Below are positions 1 to 9,963 of a stretch of DNA of 64,000 nt, in pieces. A model generated the notes under the pieces. The model was not told the DNA's origin and searched no databases. It saw nothing but the letters and a program-made list of their open reading frames with translations. The DNA is from an uncultured Deinococcales bacterium (GTDB lineage Bacteria > Deinococcota > Deinococci > Deinococcales > JAAFIG01). A program made the translations under genes and the position numbers. Within the stretch, counting starts at the first letter, position 1. Every line of letters begins with the position of its first letter. The stretch spans positions 810 to 64,809 of the forward strand of contig CAXTKV010000001.1 in the NCBI GenBank assembly GCA_964244895.1, written 5' to 3'.

Positions 1-1424
1 CCCAGGTTGGTGGCGGTCACGAGTTCCGGCGAGAGGTTGCTGAGAACTTTTTTCTGCTCCGGGCTGGCTGGTGCATCCATCCTCGAGTACGCGCTCGCGC
101 CGTACTTCGCCTCGAGATCGCGGTGGTGGGCGCTCGGCGTCTTGCCGGTGGTGGCGGTGATCTCGGCGGCCAGCAGCCCGAGGATCAATCCGTCCTTGTC
201 GGTGCTCCAGGCGGTTCCATCCAAGCGCTCGAAGCTCGCGCCCGCCGATTCCTCGCCGCCGAAGCCGATGCTGCCGTCTAACAACCCCGGTACGAAGTAT
301 TTGAAGCCGACCGGAACTTCCAAGAGCTTCCGCCCGAGGCCCGCCACCACGCGGTCGATCAGGCTGGACGACACCAGCGTCTTGCCGACACCCATGCTGG
401 CGTTCCAGCCGGGACGGTTCTGAAACAGGTCATCGATGCAGACCGCCAGGTAATGGTTCGGGTTCATCAATCCGTCACTGGTCACGATGCCGTGCCTGTC
501 CGCATCCGGGTCGTTACCGATGGCGACATCGAAATCGTCTTTCAGTTTCAGCAGGCTCGCCATCGCCCAGGGGCTGCTGCAATCCATGCGAATCTTGCCG
601 TCCTTGTCCACCGTCATGAAACCGAAGGTCGGATCAACGCGGTCGTTGACGATGTGCGCGTTCAGCTTGTACTTCTCCAGGATCGCCTGCCAGACGGGCA
701 AGCTCGAGCCGCCCAATGGGTCAATTCCGATCTTGACGCTGGAATTCTGAATGGCGGCCATGTTGACGACGTTCGGCAGGTCGTTGACGTAAGGACTGAT
801 GAAATCGAAGGCGTGCGCGAAGCCGCTCGAGAGCGCCGCCTTCAAGGTCTGGCGCTTGACGCCCGAGAGCTTGCCCTCGAGCAACGCGTTCGCTCGTTCC
901 TGCACGGCCTTGGTGATGTTCGTGTCGGCGGGGCCGCCGTTCGGTGGGTTGTACTTGAAGCCGCCATCCTCCGGCGGGTTGTGGCTGGGCGTGATCACGA
1001 TGCCGTCCGCCAGTCCATCCGTGCGGCCCTTGTTGTACGTCAGGATCGCGTGCGAGACGAGCGGCGTGGGCGTGTAGCCCCTGGCCGATTGGTAGTGCAC
1101 GTGAACCCCGTTGGCGGTCAGCACCTCCAGGGCCGTGATCCAGGCGGGTTCGGACAACGCGTGCGTGTCCATGCCGATGTAGAGCGGCCCCGAGATGCCG
1201 TGCGCCGCGCGGTGTTCCGCCACCGCCTGACAGATCGCCGCGATGTGATCATCGGTGAAGCTGGCGTTGCCGGACGTGCCGCGATGACCCGAGGTGCCGA
1301 ACGCGACGCGCTGAACGGGGTCGGTGGCATCCGGGTGCAGCGCGTAATACTGCGCGATCAAGCGCGGCACGTTGACGAGCATCGAGTGCGGTGCGGGCAG
1401 ACCAGCCAGTTCAGATTGCGCCAT
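1..1424 (-). CDS. pgm: Phosphoglucomutase (alpha-D-glucose-phosphate specific), C-terminal end runs off the window
   Basis: Absent from the supplied track because the ORF is open at the window edge. Manual minus-strand translation from ATG (1422-1424) gives [76 protein letters not shown]. This is collinear with E. coli-type Pgm, including the phosphoserine loop. The + ORF 453..1649 is its antisense shadow. Confidence 0.9.
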   Translation of the reverse strand, partial: MAQSELAGLPAPHSMLVNVPRLIAQYYALHPDATDPVQRVAFGTSGHRGTSGNASFTDDHIAAICQAVAEHRAAHGISGPLYIGMDTHALSEPAWITALEVLTANGVHVHYQSARGYTPTPLVSHAILTYNKGRTDGLADGIVITPSHNPPEDGGFKYNPPNGGPADTNITKAVQERANALLEGKLSGVKRQTLKAALSSGFAHAFDFISPYVNDLPNVVNMAAIQNSSVKIGIDPLGGSSLPVWQAILEKYKLNAHIVNDRVDPTFGFMTVDKDGKIRMDCSSPWAMASLLKLKDDFDVAIGNDPDADRHGIVTSDGLMNPNHYLAVCIDDLFQNRPGWNASMGVGKTLVSSSLIDRVVAGLGRKLLEVPVGFKYFVPGLLDGSIGFGGEESAGASFERLDGTAWSTDKDGLILGLLAAEITATTGKTPSAHHRDLEAKYGASAYSRMDAPASPEQKKVLSNLSPELVTATNL

Positions 1425-1487
1425 GACGCGATTCTACGAGAAGAGCGCTTCGTGTGGACGATGAGCGTTCATGACGACAGCGGTCTT

Positions 1488-1547
1488 CTCGAGAAGACCG
1501 TCCTAGACGCAAATTTGATGCTTGGGAATATGCGTGCTGGACGGTAT
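1488..1547. repeat. Palindromic intergenic repeat (IR family), copy
   Basis: ctcgagAAGACCGTCCTAGACGC-(21 nt)-GCGTGCTGGACGGTAT. The arms are inverted copies of the family core. Confidence 0.8.
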
Positions 1548-1649
1548 TTCCGTATCTCTGACAGCGGAGTCTCGATCTCGAGGAATCGTGACTGCACGAG
1601 GGCGCAGCAAGCAGCGCCCCTGCACAAGCGTCTGGATTGCTCGCGCTGA

Positions 1650-3260
<1,611 letters not shown>

Positions 3261-3302
3261 TTCATATGCTCAGTACTATTTGCTTTCTTGGAGGTAATCA
3301 CT

Positions 3303-4058
3303 TTGGGTTTGAAATATTTTTTTAATGGGAAAGTTTTGCCAGAACGAGCAGTCGTTCATATCACACCAATCAATGCTCAAGTTTCCGTAACTGAGACGGA
3401 ACTCCAACTCAAAATTGTTAGTTCAATACTGCTTTCACAAATATCGATGCACGTCGAAATTATCAAAGGCGAAGTTGACTTGGCGTCACTAAAGAATATG
3501 GCTGAAAGTTTCATTCGAGATCAAGTTGACGCACTAGGATTTTTATCTGGATGTGGATACGACGTTGAAATTGACACGTGCTTCAATGAAGCAGGAGAGC
3601 AAATCGTTTTTGGTGTAAACTTCCCTGGTCTCGAGCAAATCAAAGATAAACGATTAGTGAATTATGAAACGGTCTATCAGTTGTCTAATTCGATTCCGAG
3701 CCTCCGAATTGCGCTGGGTGACATTCGAGAAGCTATAAGGTCGCCGAAAGATACCGGCCTCTTCTCTTATCGAGCTATTGAAGCTCTAATGCAAACATTC
3801 AAAATTGCAGAAGACAATGACAAAGACAATTTGGCTTGGGGTCGAATGCAGTCTGGGTTGAATGTATCCCGAGAGGCTTTGATGAAACTCAAAGGATTTG
3901 GTGATTTGCCTAGACATGGGAAAATTACCTCGATTTCCGGCGACGAAAGAACATCCGTATTGACTTTTGCGTGTCAGATAATTGACCGCTACTGCGTCTT
4001 CGCCCGAGAGGGAAATCAACCGCTTGACGTGACAATTTATCCGGTCATTCTCGGATAG
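3303..4058 (+). CDS. Hypothetical protein in an AT-rich single-gene insert (no family recognised)
   Basis: ORF 3288..4058. GGAGG at 3290-3294 sits 8 nt upstream of TTG 3303, and there is no in-frame ATG near the 5' end. The local GC is roughly 35-42% by eye against a much higher GC in the flanks. No TM segment or signal peptide. Confidence 0.6.
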   Translation: MGLKYFFNGKVLPERAVVHITPINAQVSVTETELQLKIVSSILLSQISMHVEIIKGEVDLASLKNMAESFIRDQVDALGFLSGCGYDVEIDTCFNEAGEQIVFGVNFPGLEQIKDKRLVNYETVYQLSNSIPSLRIALGDIREAIRSPKDTGLFSYRAIEALMQTFKIAEDNDKDNLAWGRMQSGLNVSREALMKLKGFGDLPRHGKITSISGDERTSVLTFACQIIDRYCVFAREGNQPLDVTIYPVILG

Positions 4059-4108
4059 GCCAAAGACATTCACGTACAGATTACGATAATTTCAGTCAAA
4101 CCTTTTAC

Positions 4109-4158
4109 CTCGAGAACACCGTCCCACACGCATTCTTCAATTCGCGTCCTGGACGGTT
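4109..4158. repeat. IR family copy
   Basis: ctcgagAACACCGTCCCACACGCattcttcaattcGCGTCCTGGACGGTT. Confidence 0.8.
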
Positions 4159-4222
4159 TCCCCATACCTCAGCTCTTTAAGCTCGAGTGTGGGACAACAT
4201 TCGGAATTTCAAGACTCGCATG

Positions 4223-4258
4223 AAAAAAGCTGCGACCCCTTTGGGTCGCAGCTTTCTT
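4223..4258. terminator. Bidirectional rho-independent terminator (rpsA / AT-rich gene)
   Basis: Perfect 10-bp stem GCTGCGACCC (4229-4238) / GGGTCGCAGC (4243-4252) with a 4-nt loop. It is flanked by A6 upstream and TTTCTT downstream, so it reads as stem plus T-run on both strands. It lies 15 nt beyond the rpsA stop. Confidence 0.8.
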
Positions 4259-4272
4259 GAATCTTGGGAACC

Positions 4273-6240
4273 TTAGCTCTGGGCTTCGCCTTCGGTGTGA
4301 ACCTCAGCGCTGGCTTCGGTGGGACTGACTTCGGTGTGCGTCTCGGGGGTGGCTTCGGTGTGAACCTCGGCCTGAACCTCCGGGGTGGCTTCGGCAGCGG
4401 CAGGCGCGGCCTCGGCGGGTTTCGCTTCGGCTTTCACATCTTCGGGTTTGGCATCGTCGGCTTTCTTGCCGCCGCCCAACCCGAATTGCGCGAACAGATC
4501 GGCGTACACGTCACCGAGCTTGGTCGTGACCTTGCCGCCGGAATCGGCCTGGCCGGACGCGCTGCTGGACGAGTAATCGTAGTCGAAGGTCTCGCGGCGA
4601 CGACCGCCTCCGCCTTGACCGCCGCTGCGGTTACCACCGCCGCCACCGCTGTACCGGTTGCCGCCGCCAGCACCAGCGCCGCCGCCACCGCTGTAACGGG
4701 GTGCGGTGTCGGTGCGTTCCTCGCGGATGGGTGGGCCGCCGGGCAGGGTGCGTTTGCGCGAGAGGCTGGCGCGCTGGTCGACGGGGTCGATGTTCAGCAC
4801 GACGGCTTCGATCTCGTCGCCTTTTTTGAACAGATCAGCCGGGTTGGTGACGCGTTCGTGGGCGAGTTCAGAGATGTGAATCAGGCCCTCGATGCCTTCC
4901 TCGAGTTCCATGAACACGCCGAAGTCGGTCAGGCCGGTGATCTTGCCCTTGACGGGCGTTCCCGGTGGGTACTTGGCGGGCAGGGCGCTCCACGGGTCGG
5001 GTGTGGTCTGGCGCAATCCGAGGCTGATGCGGCGATCCTTGGGATCGATCCGCAGGATCACGGCTTCGACCTCGTCGCCTTCTTTCAGGACTTCGTTGGG
5101 GTGGCGGATGCGCTTGGTCCAGCTCATTTCAGAGACGTGGATCAATCCCTCGAGCCCGGCTTCGATCTCGACGAAGGCGCCGAAGTTGGTCAGGTTGGTG
5201 ACCTTGCCGGTGACGCGCTGGCCGATGTGGTACGCCTCGACCGCGTGGCCCCAGGGGTCTTGCGTCAGGGACTTCATGGACAGGTTGATGCGGTCGCGCT
5301 CGCGATCCACGTCGATGACCTGCACCTTGACCTCGTCGCCGAGCTTGACGACATCCTTGGGGTGATTGAAGCGCCCGTAGGTCAGTTCGCTGCGGTGAAC
5401 CAGGCCGTCCACGCCGCCCAGGCTGACGAACACGCCGAAATCGGTGACTTCGACGACGGTGCCTTCCAGGATCGCTTCGGGAACGAGCTTGTCGAGGGTT
5501 TCGGTTTTGGCTTTGTTCTTCTGTTCTTCGACAATCGCACGGTGAGAAATGATCACGCGGTTACGCTTGCGGTTGAGTTCAATGATTCGAACCTCGAGCG
5601 GATGCCCGACGTATGGGGTCAGGTCGTTGACGCGGCGCACGTCCACCTGGCTGGCGGGCAGGAAGGCGCGGACGCCCTCGACCATCGCGACCAGACCACC
5701 GCGCACCTGCTCTTCGATCTGCACCATGATCGTGCCGTTGGTTTCAGAGACCTGGGTCAGCTTGCGCCAGCCGCGATCCTGTTCGGCGCGCTTCTTGGAC
5801 AGGACGATCACGCCGTTTTGCACGTCGGAACGCACGACGTAGGCATCGATCTTGTCACCGGGCTTGAACTGCTCCTGCGCCTGTTCCAGGGTCAGGGGTT
5901 CATCGGCGAGTTGCGAGAGCGGAATGATGCCCTCAATTTTTGCGCCGACATCGACGGCGACGCCTTCAGCACCGACGAACACGACGGTGCCCTGAATCAC
6001 ATCGCCCCTGGCGACTTCCTGACCGCGATCTTCTTCGCTGGCCAGAACGTCTTCCATGGTCATCGCCGGGTACTCTTCAGCGCTCGACTGCTCAGCGCTC
6101 GACTGCGCAGCACTTGGCTGCTCAGCGTTCGACTGGGCGGGGCTGGGTGGAACAGAGCTGGGCGCACCGACCTGGGGGATCGGAGTGGGGGTCGCGGCAT
6201 CGTGCTCGACGACCGGGTTCTGGGTAGCCTTGTCTTCCAT
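4273..6240 (-). CDS. rpsA: 30S ribosomal protein S1 with low-complexity N- and C-terminal extensions
   Basis: ORF 4273..6300. Start set to ATG 6240 (MEDKATQ), which is preceded by AGGAGG with a 9-nt spacer. It contains multiple S1 domains (..[12 protein letters not shown].., ..[15 protein letters not shown].., ..[15 protein letters not shown].., ..[15 protein letters not shown]..). The C-terminal Gly/Arg-rich tail is followed by an Ala/Glu/Thr-rich tail. Confidence 0.9.
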   Translation of the reverse strand: MEDKATQNPVVEHDAATPTPIPQVGAPSSVPPSPAQSNAEQPSAAQSSAEQSSAEEYPAMTMEDVLASEEDRGQEVARGDVIQGTVVFVGAEGVAVDVGAKIEGIIPLSQLADEPLTLEQAQEQFKPGDKIDAYVVRSDVQNGVIVLSKKRAEQDRGWRKLTQVSETNGTIMVQIEEQVRGGLVAMVEGVRAFLPASQVDVRRVNDLTPYVGHPLEVRIIELNRKRNRVIISHRAIVEEQKNKAKTETLDKLVPEAILEGTVVEVTDFGVFVSLGGVDGLVHRSELTYGRFNHPKDVVKLGDEVKVQVIDVDRERDRINLSMKSLTQDPWGHAVEAYHIGQRVTGKVTNLTNFGAFVEIEAGLEGLIHVSEMSWTKRIRHPNEVLKEGDEVEAVILRIDPKDRRISLGLRQTTPDPWSALPAKYPPGTPVKGKITGLTDFGVFMELEEGIEGLIHISELAHERVTNPADLFKKGDEIEAVVLNIDPVDQRASLSRKRTLPGGPPIREERTDTAPRYSGGGGAGAGGGNRYSGGGGGNRSGGQGGGGRRRETFDYDYSSSSASGQADSGGKVTTKLGDVYADLFAQFGLGGGKKADDAKPEDVKAEAKPAEAAPAAAEATPEVQAEVHTEATPETHTEVSPTEASAEVHTEGEAQS

Positions 6241-6303
6241 TTGTTGAATCCTCCTGATTCTCGCCGTCTCCAGCAGGCGAGGCCCAGGAGAACGCAGCAA
6301 CAG

Positions 6304-6312
6304 ATTCTAACA
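6304..6312 (-). promoter_or_regulatory. Candidate extended -10 element for rpsA
   Basis: The minus strand reads TGtTAGAAT, about 60 nt upstream of the rpsA ATG. No convincing -35 was found. Confidence 0.35.
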
Positions 6313-6367
6313 CCATCTCCATATTTGTGCTACACCAAAGATCGCTTATGTGGGCGCGTTAAATAAT

Positions 6368-6384
6368 GCGTTCTGGACGGTGTT
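6368..6384. repeat. IR family, solo right arm
   Basis: GCGTTCTGGACGGTGTT with no matching left arm nearby. Confidence 0.6.
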
Positions 6385-6444
6385 GGCGCTCGGTTGCGGA
6401 GGACTGTATCGAGCGATTGAAAGACCGCGAAAAAAGCTCGGGAC

Positions 6445-6481
6445 GGGCGGTGAATCGGTCAAAAGCACCGATTCACCGCCC
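6445..6481 (-). terminator. Strong hairpin, possible minus-strand terminator
   Basis: 14-bp perfect stem GGGCGGTGAATCGG / CCGATTCACCGCCC with a 9-nt loop. On the minus strand a T6 run follows, but only after a 9-nt gap, so the terminator function is uncertain. Confidence 0.35.
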
Positions 6482-6729
6482 GAAGAGAACCGGGTCGAAA
6501 GATCAATTTAAAGCCGTGCTGGACGATCTTCAGTGGGTTCGGTCGCCAGCAGCGAATCGAATCACCTGGATGAACCCTCCGCAGGAAAACGTGATGGGTT
6601 TCTCTTTTGATCCTGCCGATGCCGCCTGCGCCTTCACCGAAATTGGCGAGCGCATTCGAGATCACTTCGCCGCACCTCCACCATGCATTCACGCGCCCGC
6701 CGTAGCCTCGAACCCCAGGAGGAAGCCAG

Positions 6730-6909
6730 ATGGAATACTCGAGGTACCGACAGGGCTGGGTGGCCATCAGCACGGGAGCGACCAGCCTGGTGCTGGCCGT
6801 GGTCAGGATCGTTCCGAGCATCAGTCACGCGCACGCCCTGATGTTGGGCGTGGGCATCGTACTGTCCGCGCTCGGGCTGTGGAATGTCTTCACGGCCAGG
6901 ATCGACTGA
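6730..6909 (+). CDS. Small two-TM membrane protein (59 aa), hypothetical
   Basis: Below the track's size cut-off. AGGAGG (6717-6722) lies 7 nt before the ATG at 6730. Translation is MEYSRYRQGWVAISTGATSLVLAVVRIVPSISHAHALMLGVGIVLSALGLWNVFTARID, with two hydrophobic helices. Confidence 0.4.
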   Translation: MEYSRYRQGWVAISTGATSLVLAVVRIVPSISHAHALMLGVGIVLSALGLWNVFTARID

Positions 6910-6912
6910 TTC

Positions 6913-8157
6913 TCACTCCAGACTCGAGGTGCGCGTCGCCTGAAGGCGTTCCGCGACTTCCAGCACCGCTTTCGGTTCCAGAACGCCCTTGAAGAACACG
7001 ACCTGATCCTCGATGCCCTCGAGTTTCTTGGCGGTTTCGCCGAGGTTCAATTTGCTTGAGACGGCCACGACCATGTCGCGCCGCCCGGAGCGCCTGATCT
7101 TGTCGAATTTCTTGATCAGGTAATCGGGCCGCCAGAAGCCCACGATTTCCAGCGAGATCGAGCGCCCGTCCGGATGCACCAGCCTGAAATCTGGGATCAT
7201 GACCGTGCCGCCCAGGTCGATCAGGTCGACCTCGCGTTCCAGAAGCCAATCGGTCCTGGTTTTCTTGAAGCGCTCCGCGAACCCGTGCTCGAGGATCGAA
7301 TCGAAGACCTTGCCTTTGGCGTAATGCGATTTCAGTGTGGTGCTCGAGTCGAGCTGAAACCGTGCCTCTTCGGGGCCGTCGCCGAAGGCGTTTTTGGGGT
7401 GGATCAACGCCTCGAGCGACCATTTGGTGGCGTGCAGAAGCGCCGGAAGGAACTTGGCGAAGGCGATGCCGTAGCGCGTGCTGGCCTTGAACAAACTGGC
7501 CGGGCCGTCCAGGATAATCGTGTAGCCCGCGTCGGCATCGCCGGTGACGCGGTGCATCAACCCGAAGAGTTTCAGGTAGCGCCACAGATTCTTGTACTCG
7601 CCCGGATCGTTGCGGTGCGCTTGAATCACCAGTTCGGACGCGCGGTACAGCACGCCCTGCGCCTGCGCGAGGTTGTAACGATCGATCAACCAGCCCGCCC
7701 CAACCGCCTCGAACGCGATGATCTGGTTCTCGCGCAGGTCGGCGTACAACCCCTCCTCGAGTTGCGCGCTCGAGAGTTCACGACCCAGTTCGTTCGAGAG
7801 GTCGAAGGCGATGCTCTCCAACAGGATCGGGCTCGTCTCGAGGCTCGGGCGTTCCCGCGCGGAGGCCGCGAAGACGCGCTCGCGCAGCATTTCCGGTTCC
7901 AGCACGGATTGCGTCGCGAACTCGCAACGCTCCGAGTACAGCAGGTGCGCCAGGCCGCGCCGCACGCGGTAATCGGTGCTTTCGCCCTCTTCCTCGCGCA
8001 GCGCATCGTCCAGCTCGCCGCGTTTGCGACCGTGAAAAGCCGTGAACAACTCGATCACGTTCTCGGCGCGCTCCAGATCCGTTTTGGTATGCGCGAGTTC
8101 CCTGGGCACGACCAGCCCGGCCTGCACGCGGTAGATCAGGAGTTCGGAGGTCAGCAT
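6913..8157 (-). CDS. DUF790-family (Bax1-like) endonuclease, partner of XPB helicase
   Basis: ORF 6913..8202. Start moved to ATG 8157 (MLTSELLIYRV) because upstream codons enter the IR repeat. The length of about 414 aa, the C-terminal ..MIPDFRLVHPDGRSISLEIVGFWRPDYL.. nuclease-like core, and the position directly downstream of an XPB-like helicase match the XPB-Bax1 gene pair. Confidence 0.75.
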   Translation of the reverse strand: MLTSELLIYRVQAGLVVPRELAHTKTDLERAENVIELFTAFHGRKRGELDDALREEEGESTDYRVRRGLAHLLYSERCEFATQSVLEPEMLRERVFAASARERPSLETSPILLESIAFDLSNELGRELSSAQLEEGLYADLRENQIIAFEAVGAGWLIDRYNLAQAQGVLYRASELVIQAHRNDPGEYKNLWRYLKLFGLMHRVTGDADAGYTIILDGPASLFKASTRYGIAFAKFLPALLHATKWSLEALIHPKNAFGDGPEEARFQLDSSTTLKSHYAKGKVFDSILEHGFAERFKKTRTDWLLEREVDLIDLGGTVMIPDFRLVHPDGRSISLEIVGFWRPDYLIKKFDKIRRSGRRDMVVAVSSKLNLGETAKKLEGIEDQVVFFKGVLEPKAVLEVAERLQATRTSSLE

Positions 8158-8171
8158 TTCAAGGCTCGAAT

Positions 8172-8223
8172 CTCGAGTACACCGTCCTGAACGCGTTTCC
8201 AAATACGTGTACCAGACGGTGTT
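8172..8223. repeat. IR family copy (between helicase and nuclease genes)
   Basis: ctcgagTACACCGTCCTGAACGCgtttccaaataCGTGTACCAGACGGTGTT. Confidence 0.75.
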
Positions 8224-8272
8224 TTCATGAACTCAACCCCAGGCAATCGCATCTCGAGAGGTGCATTCGAAA

Positions 8273-9790
8273 TCATTCGTCCCTTCCCAACGTCTCGAAC
8301 TCGAGCGCACTCAAATCGTCCAGCGCGTCCTTGGTGACGGGTGCGAACTCGAGGCGGCGCTGGCGGGGTTCGCTCGAGACTTCGGGTTCCGGCTTGTAGC
8401 TCTCCCCTTTCCGGCGTCTGGAGATGCCTTCCTCTACGGTGTCCTTGCTCACGACTTCGTACAGCACGGCGAATTTTCCGGTTCTGGGGCGCAGGATTCG
8501 TCCCAGTCGCTGAATGTGTTCTCGGGTGGAACCCGTGCCGGACAGCACGATGGCGACGTTCGCGTCCGGCACGTCCACGCCCTCGTTCAGCACGCGGGAC
8601 GTGACCACGACCGGGTACGCGCCCTGGCGGAAGCGCTCCAGGATCGCGTGGCGTTCCTTGACCGGGGTTTGGTGTGTGATGGCGGGGATCAACAGGCGGT
8701 GCGAGACCTCGTAGACGGCCTCGTTGTCGTCGGTGAAGATCAGCGCCCGGTCATCCAGGTGGTCTTTCAACAGACCGTCCAGGGCGCGAATTTTCGCGCC
8801 CGTCGCCAGCGCCAGTTTGCGGGCCTCGCGGTGGGCGAGCATGGCCTTGCGGCCCTCGGATGATCGCGCGGATCGCTGCACGAAGCGCTGCCAGCCCTCG
8901 AGCGAGCCCAGGAAGATGCGTTGCTCGCGCAGGAAGGCGTCTCGGGTCTCGAGCGCGGTGCGGTAGCGCTCGCGTTCGTCGGCGCTCAGTTCGACCGTCA
9001 CGCGCCGCACCTCGTGATCGGAGAGCGCACCTCCGGCCAGGTCTTCGGGTCGGGCGCGGTAAACGGTCGGGCCGATCAGGGTTTCCAGATCCTTGTGCCG
9101 CCCGTCGCCGCGTTCCGGTGTGGCGGTCAGGCCCAGGCGGTACGGCGCAATCGAATACTCCGCGATCAGACGGTACAGGTCGCCGGGCAGGTGGTGGCAT
9201 TCGTCCAGCACCAGGAAACCCCACTTGTTGCCGTGCGTCTCGATGGCGCGCACGGCGCTGTCGTAAGTGGCGACCGTGATCTCGAAGAAATCCCTCGAGC
9301 CGCCGCCCAGAAGCCCGATTTGCTGCCCCGGAAAAGCTTCCAGCAACCCCGCGTACCACTGGTGCATCAGGTCGATGGTCGGCACGCAGATCAGCGTGCT
9401 GCGACCCGTCAGGCGCATGGCGAGTTGCGCCACGAAGGTCTTGCCCGCGCCGGTCGGCAGCACGACCACGCCGCGCCGCCCGGATTGCGTCCAGGCGTTC
9501 AGCGCGTCCGTCTGGTGCGGGTAGGGTTGGATGTTCCGCGCGAGCCTCAACTCGAGTTCCGCAAATCCTTTGGCCTTGTCTACGACTTCAACGCCATCCC
9601 TGGAGAGTCCTTCCAGCAGCGTCCGGTACGTGAAGGCTGGCGCGCGGAGGCGCTCGATTCGGTCGTCCCAGACGGCGATCCCCGCCCAGGCCGCCGACGA
9701 TGGCGGCGGGTGCAGCACCAGCGTTCCCCGGTCGAAACTCAGGACGCTTCTGGCGGTTCTGGATTTGCTGGACGCCACGAGCAGGAGCAT
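8273..9790 (-). CDS. XPB/Rad25/ERCC3-like superfamily 2 DNA helicase
   Basis: ORF 8273..9841. Start moved to ATG 9790 (MLLLVASS) to avoid the IR repeat. Motifs are Walker A VLPTGAGKT, DEAH-type LVLDECHH, LGLTATPER and a C-terminal helicase domain ..VTSRVLNEGVDVPDANVAI.. Confidence 0.85.
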   Translation of the reverse strand: MLLLVASSKSRTARSVLSFDRGTLVLHPPPSSAAWAGIAVWDDRIERLRAPAFTYRTLLEGLSRDGVEVVDKAKGFAELELRLARNIQPYPHQTDALNAWTQSGRRGVVVLPTGAGKTFVAQLAMRLTGRSTLICVPTIDLMHQWYAGLLEAFPGQQIGLLGGGSRDFFEITVATYDSAVRAIETHGNKWGFLVLDECHHLPGDLYRLIAEYSIAPYRLGLTATPERGDGRHKDLETLIGPTVYRARPEDLAGGALSDHEVRRVTVELSADERERYRTALETRDAFLREQRIFLGSLEGWQRFVQRSARSSEGRKAMLAHREARKLALATGAKIRALDGLLKDHLDDRALIFTDDNEAVYEVSHRLLIPAITHQTPVKERHAILERFRQGAYPVVVTSRVLNEGVDVPDANVAIVLSGTGSTREHIQRLGRILRPRTGKFAVLYEVVSKDTVEEGISRRRKGESYKPEPEVSSEPRQRRLEFAPVTKDALDDLSALEFETLGRDE

Positions 9791-9822
9791 ACCGCGCGAT
9801 CGGTTCAACCCAGAATCCCAGG

Positions 9823-9878
9823 AATACCGTCCCACACGCAAATTTTGAGGCTCGCGTTCTCGCGTGCTGGACGGTGTT
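9823..9878. repeat. IR family copy
   Basis: AATACCGTCCCACACGC-(24 nt)-GCGTGCTGGACGGTGTT. Confidence 0.8.
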
Positions 9879-9882
9879 CCCT

Positions 9883-9910
9883 CTGACTCCTGACCCCTGA
9901 CCTCTGACCA
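9883..9910. repeat. 7-bp tandem array, 4 units (CTGACNN)
   Basis: ctgactc ctgaccc ctgacct ctgacca, immediately after the IR copy. Confidence 0.85.
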
Positions 9911-9963
9911 CTACGGCACTTGGCTCACGGCGAACCGTCCCAACACCGCTAGACTGGAATCCA

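Noticed and set aside
453-1649. 398-aa + strand ORF (plus nested ORFs 487..750 and 799..1077)
   Set aside because: It is an Arg/Val/His-rich antisense shadow of the minus-strand pgm gene, which translates into a collinear phosphoglucomutase.
4264-6366. 700-aa + strand ORF opposite rpsA
   Set aside because: It has a Gly/Ala/Val-rich, low-information composition. The opposite strand encodes a textbook S1 protein.
6366-6992. 208-aa + strand ORF and 120-aa minus ORF 6459..6821
   Set aside because: The composition is noise-like (Arg/Pro/Gly-rich). It begins in an IR arm and crosses the bax1-like gene end. Only the short RBS-preceded ORF 6730..6909 looks plausible.
7174-9886. Long + strand ORFs 7174..8190, 8261..8863 and 8921..9886
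   Set aside because: They are antisense to the DUF790 and XPB-like genes, and their Arg/Gly/Val-rich products have no motifs.
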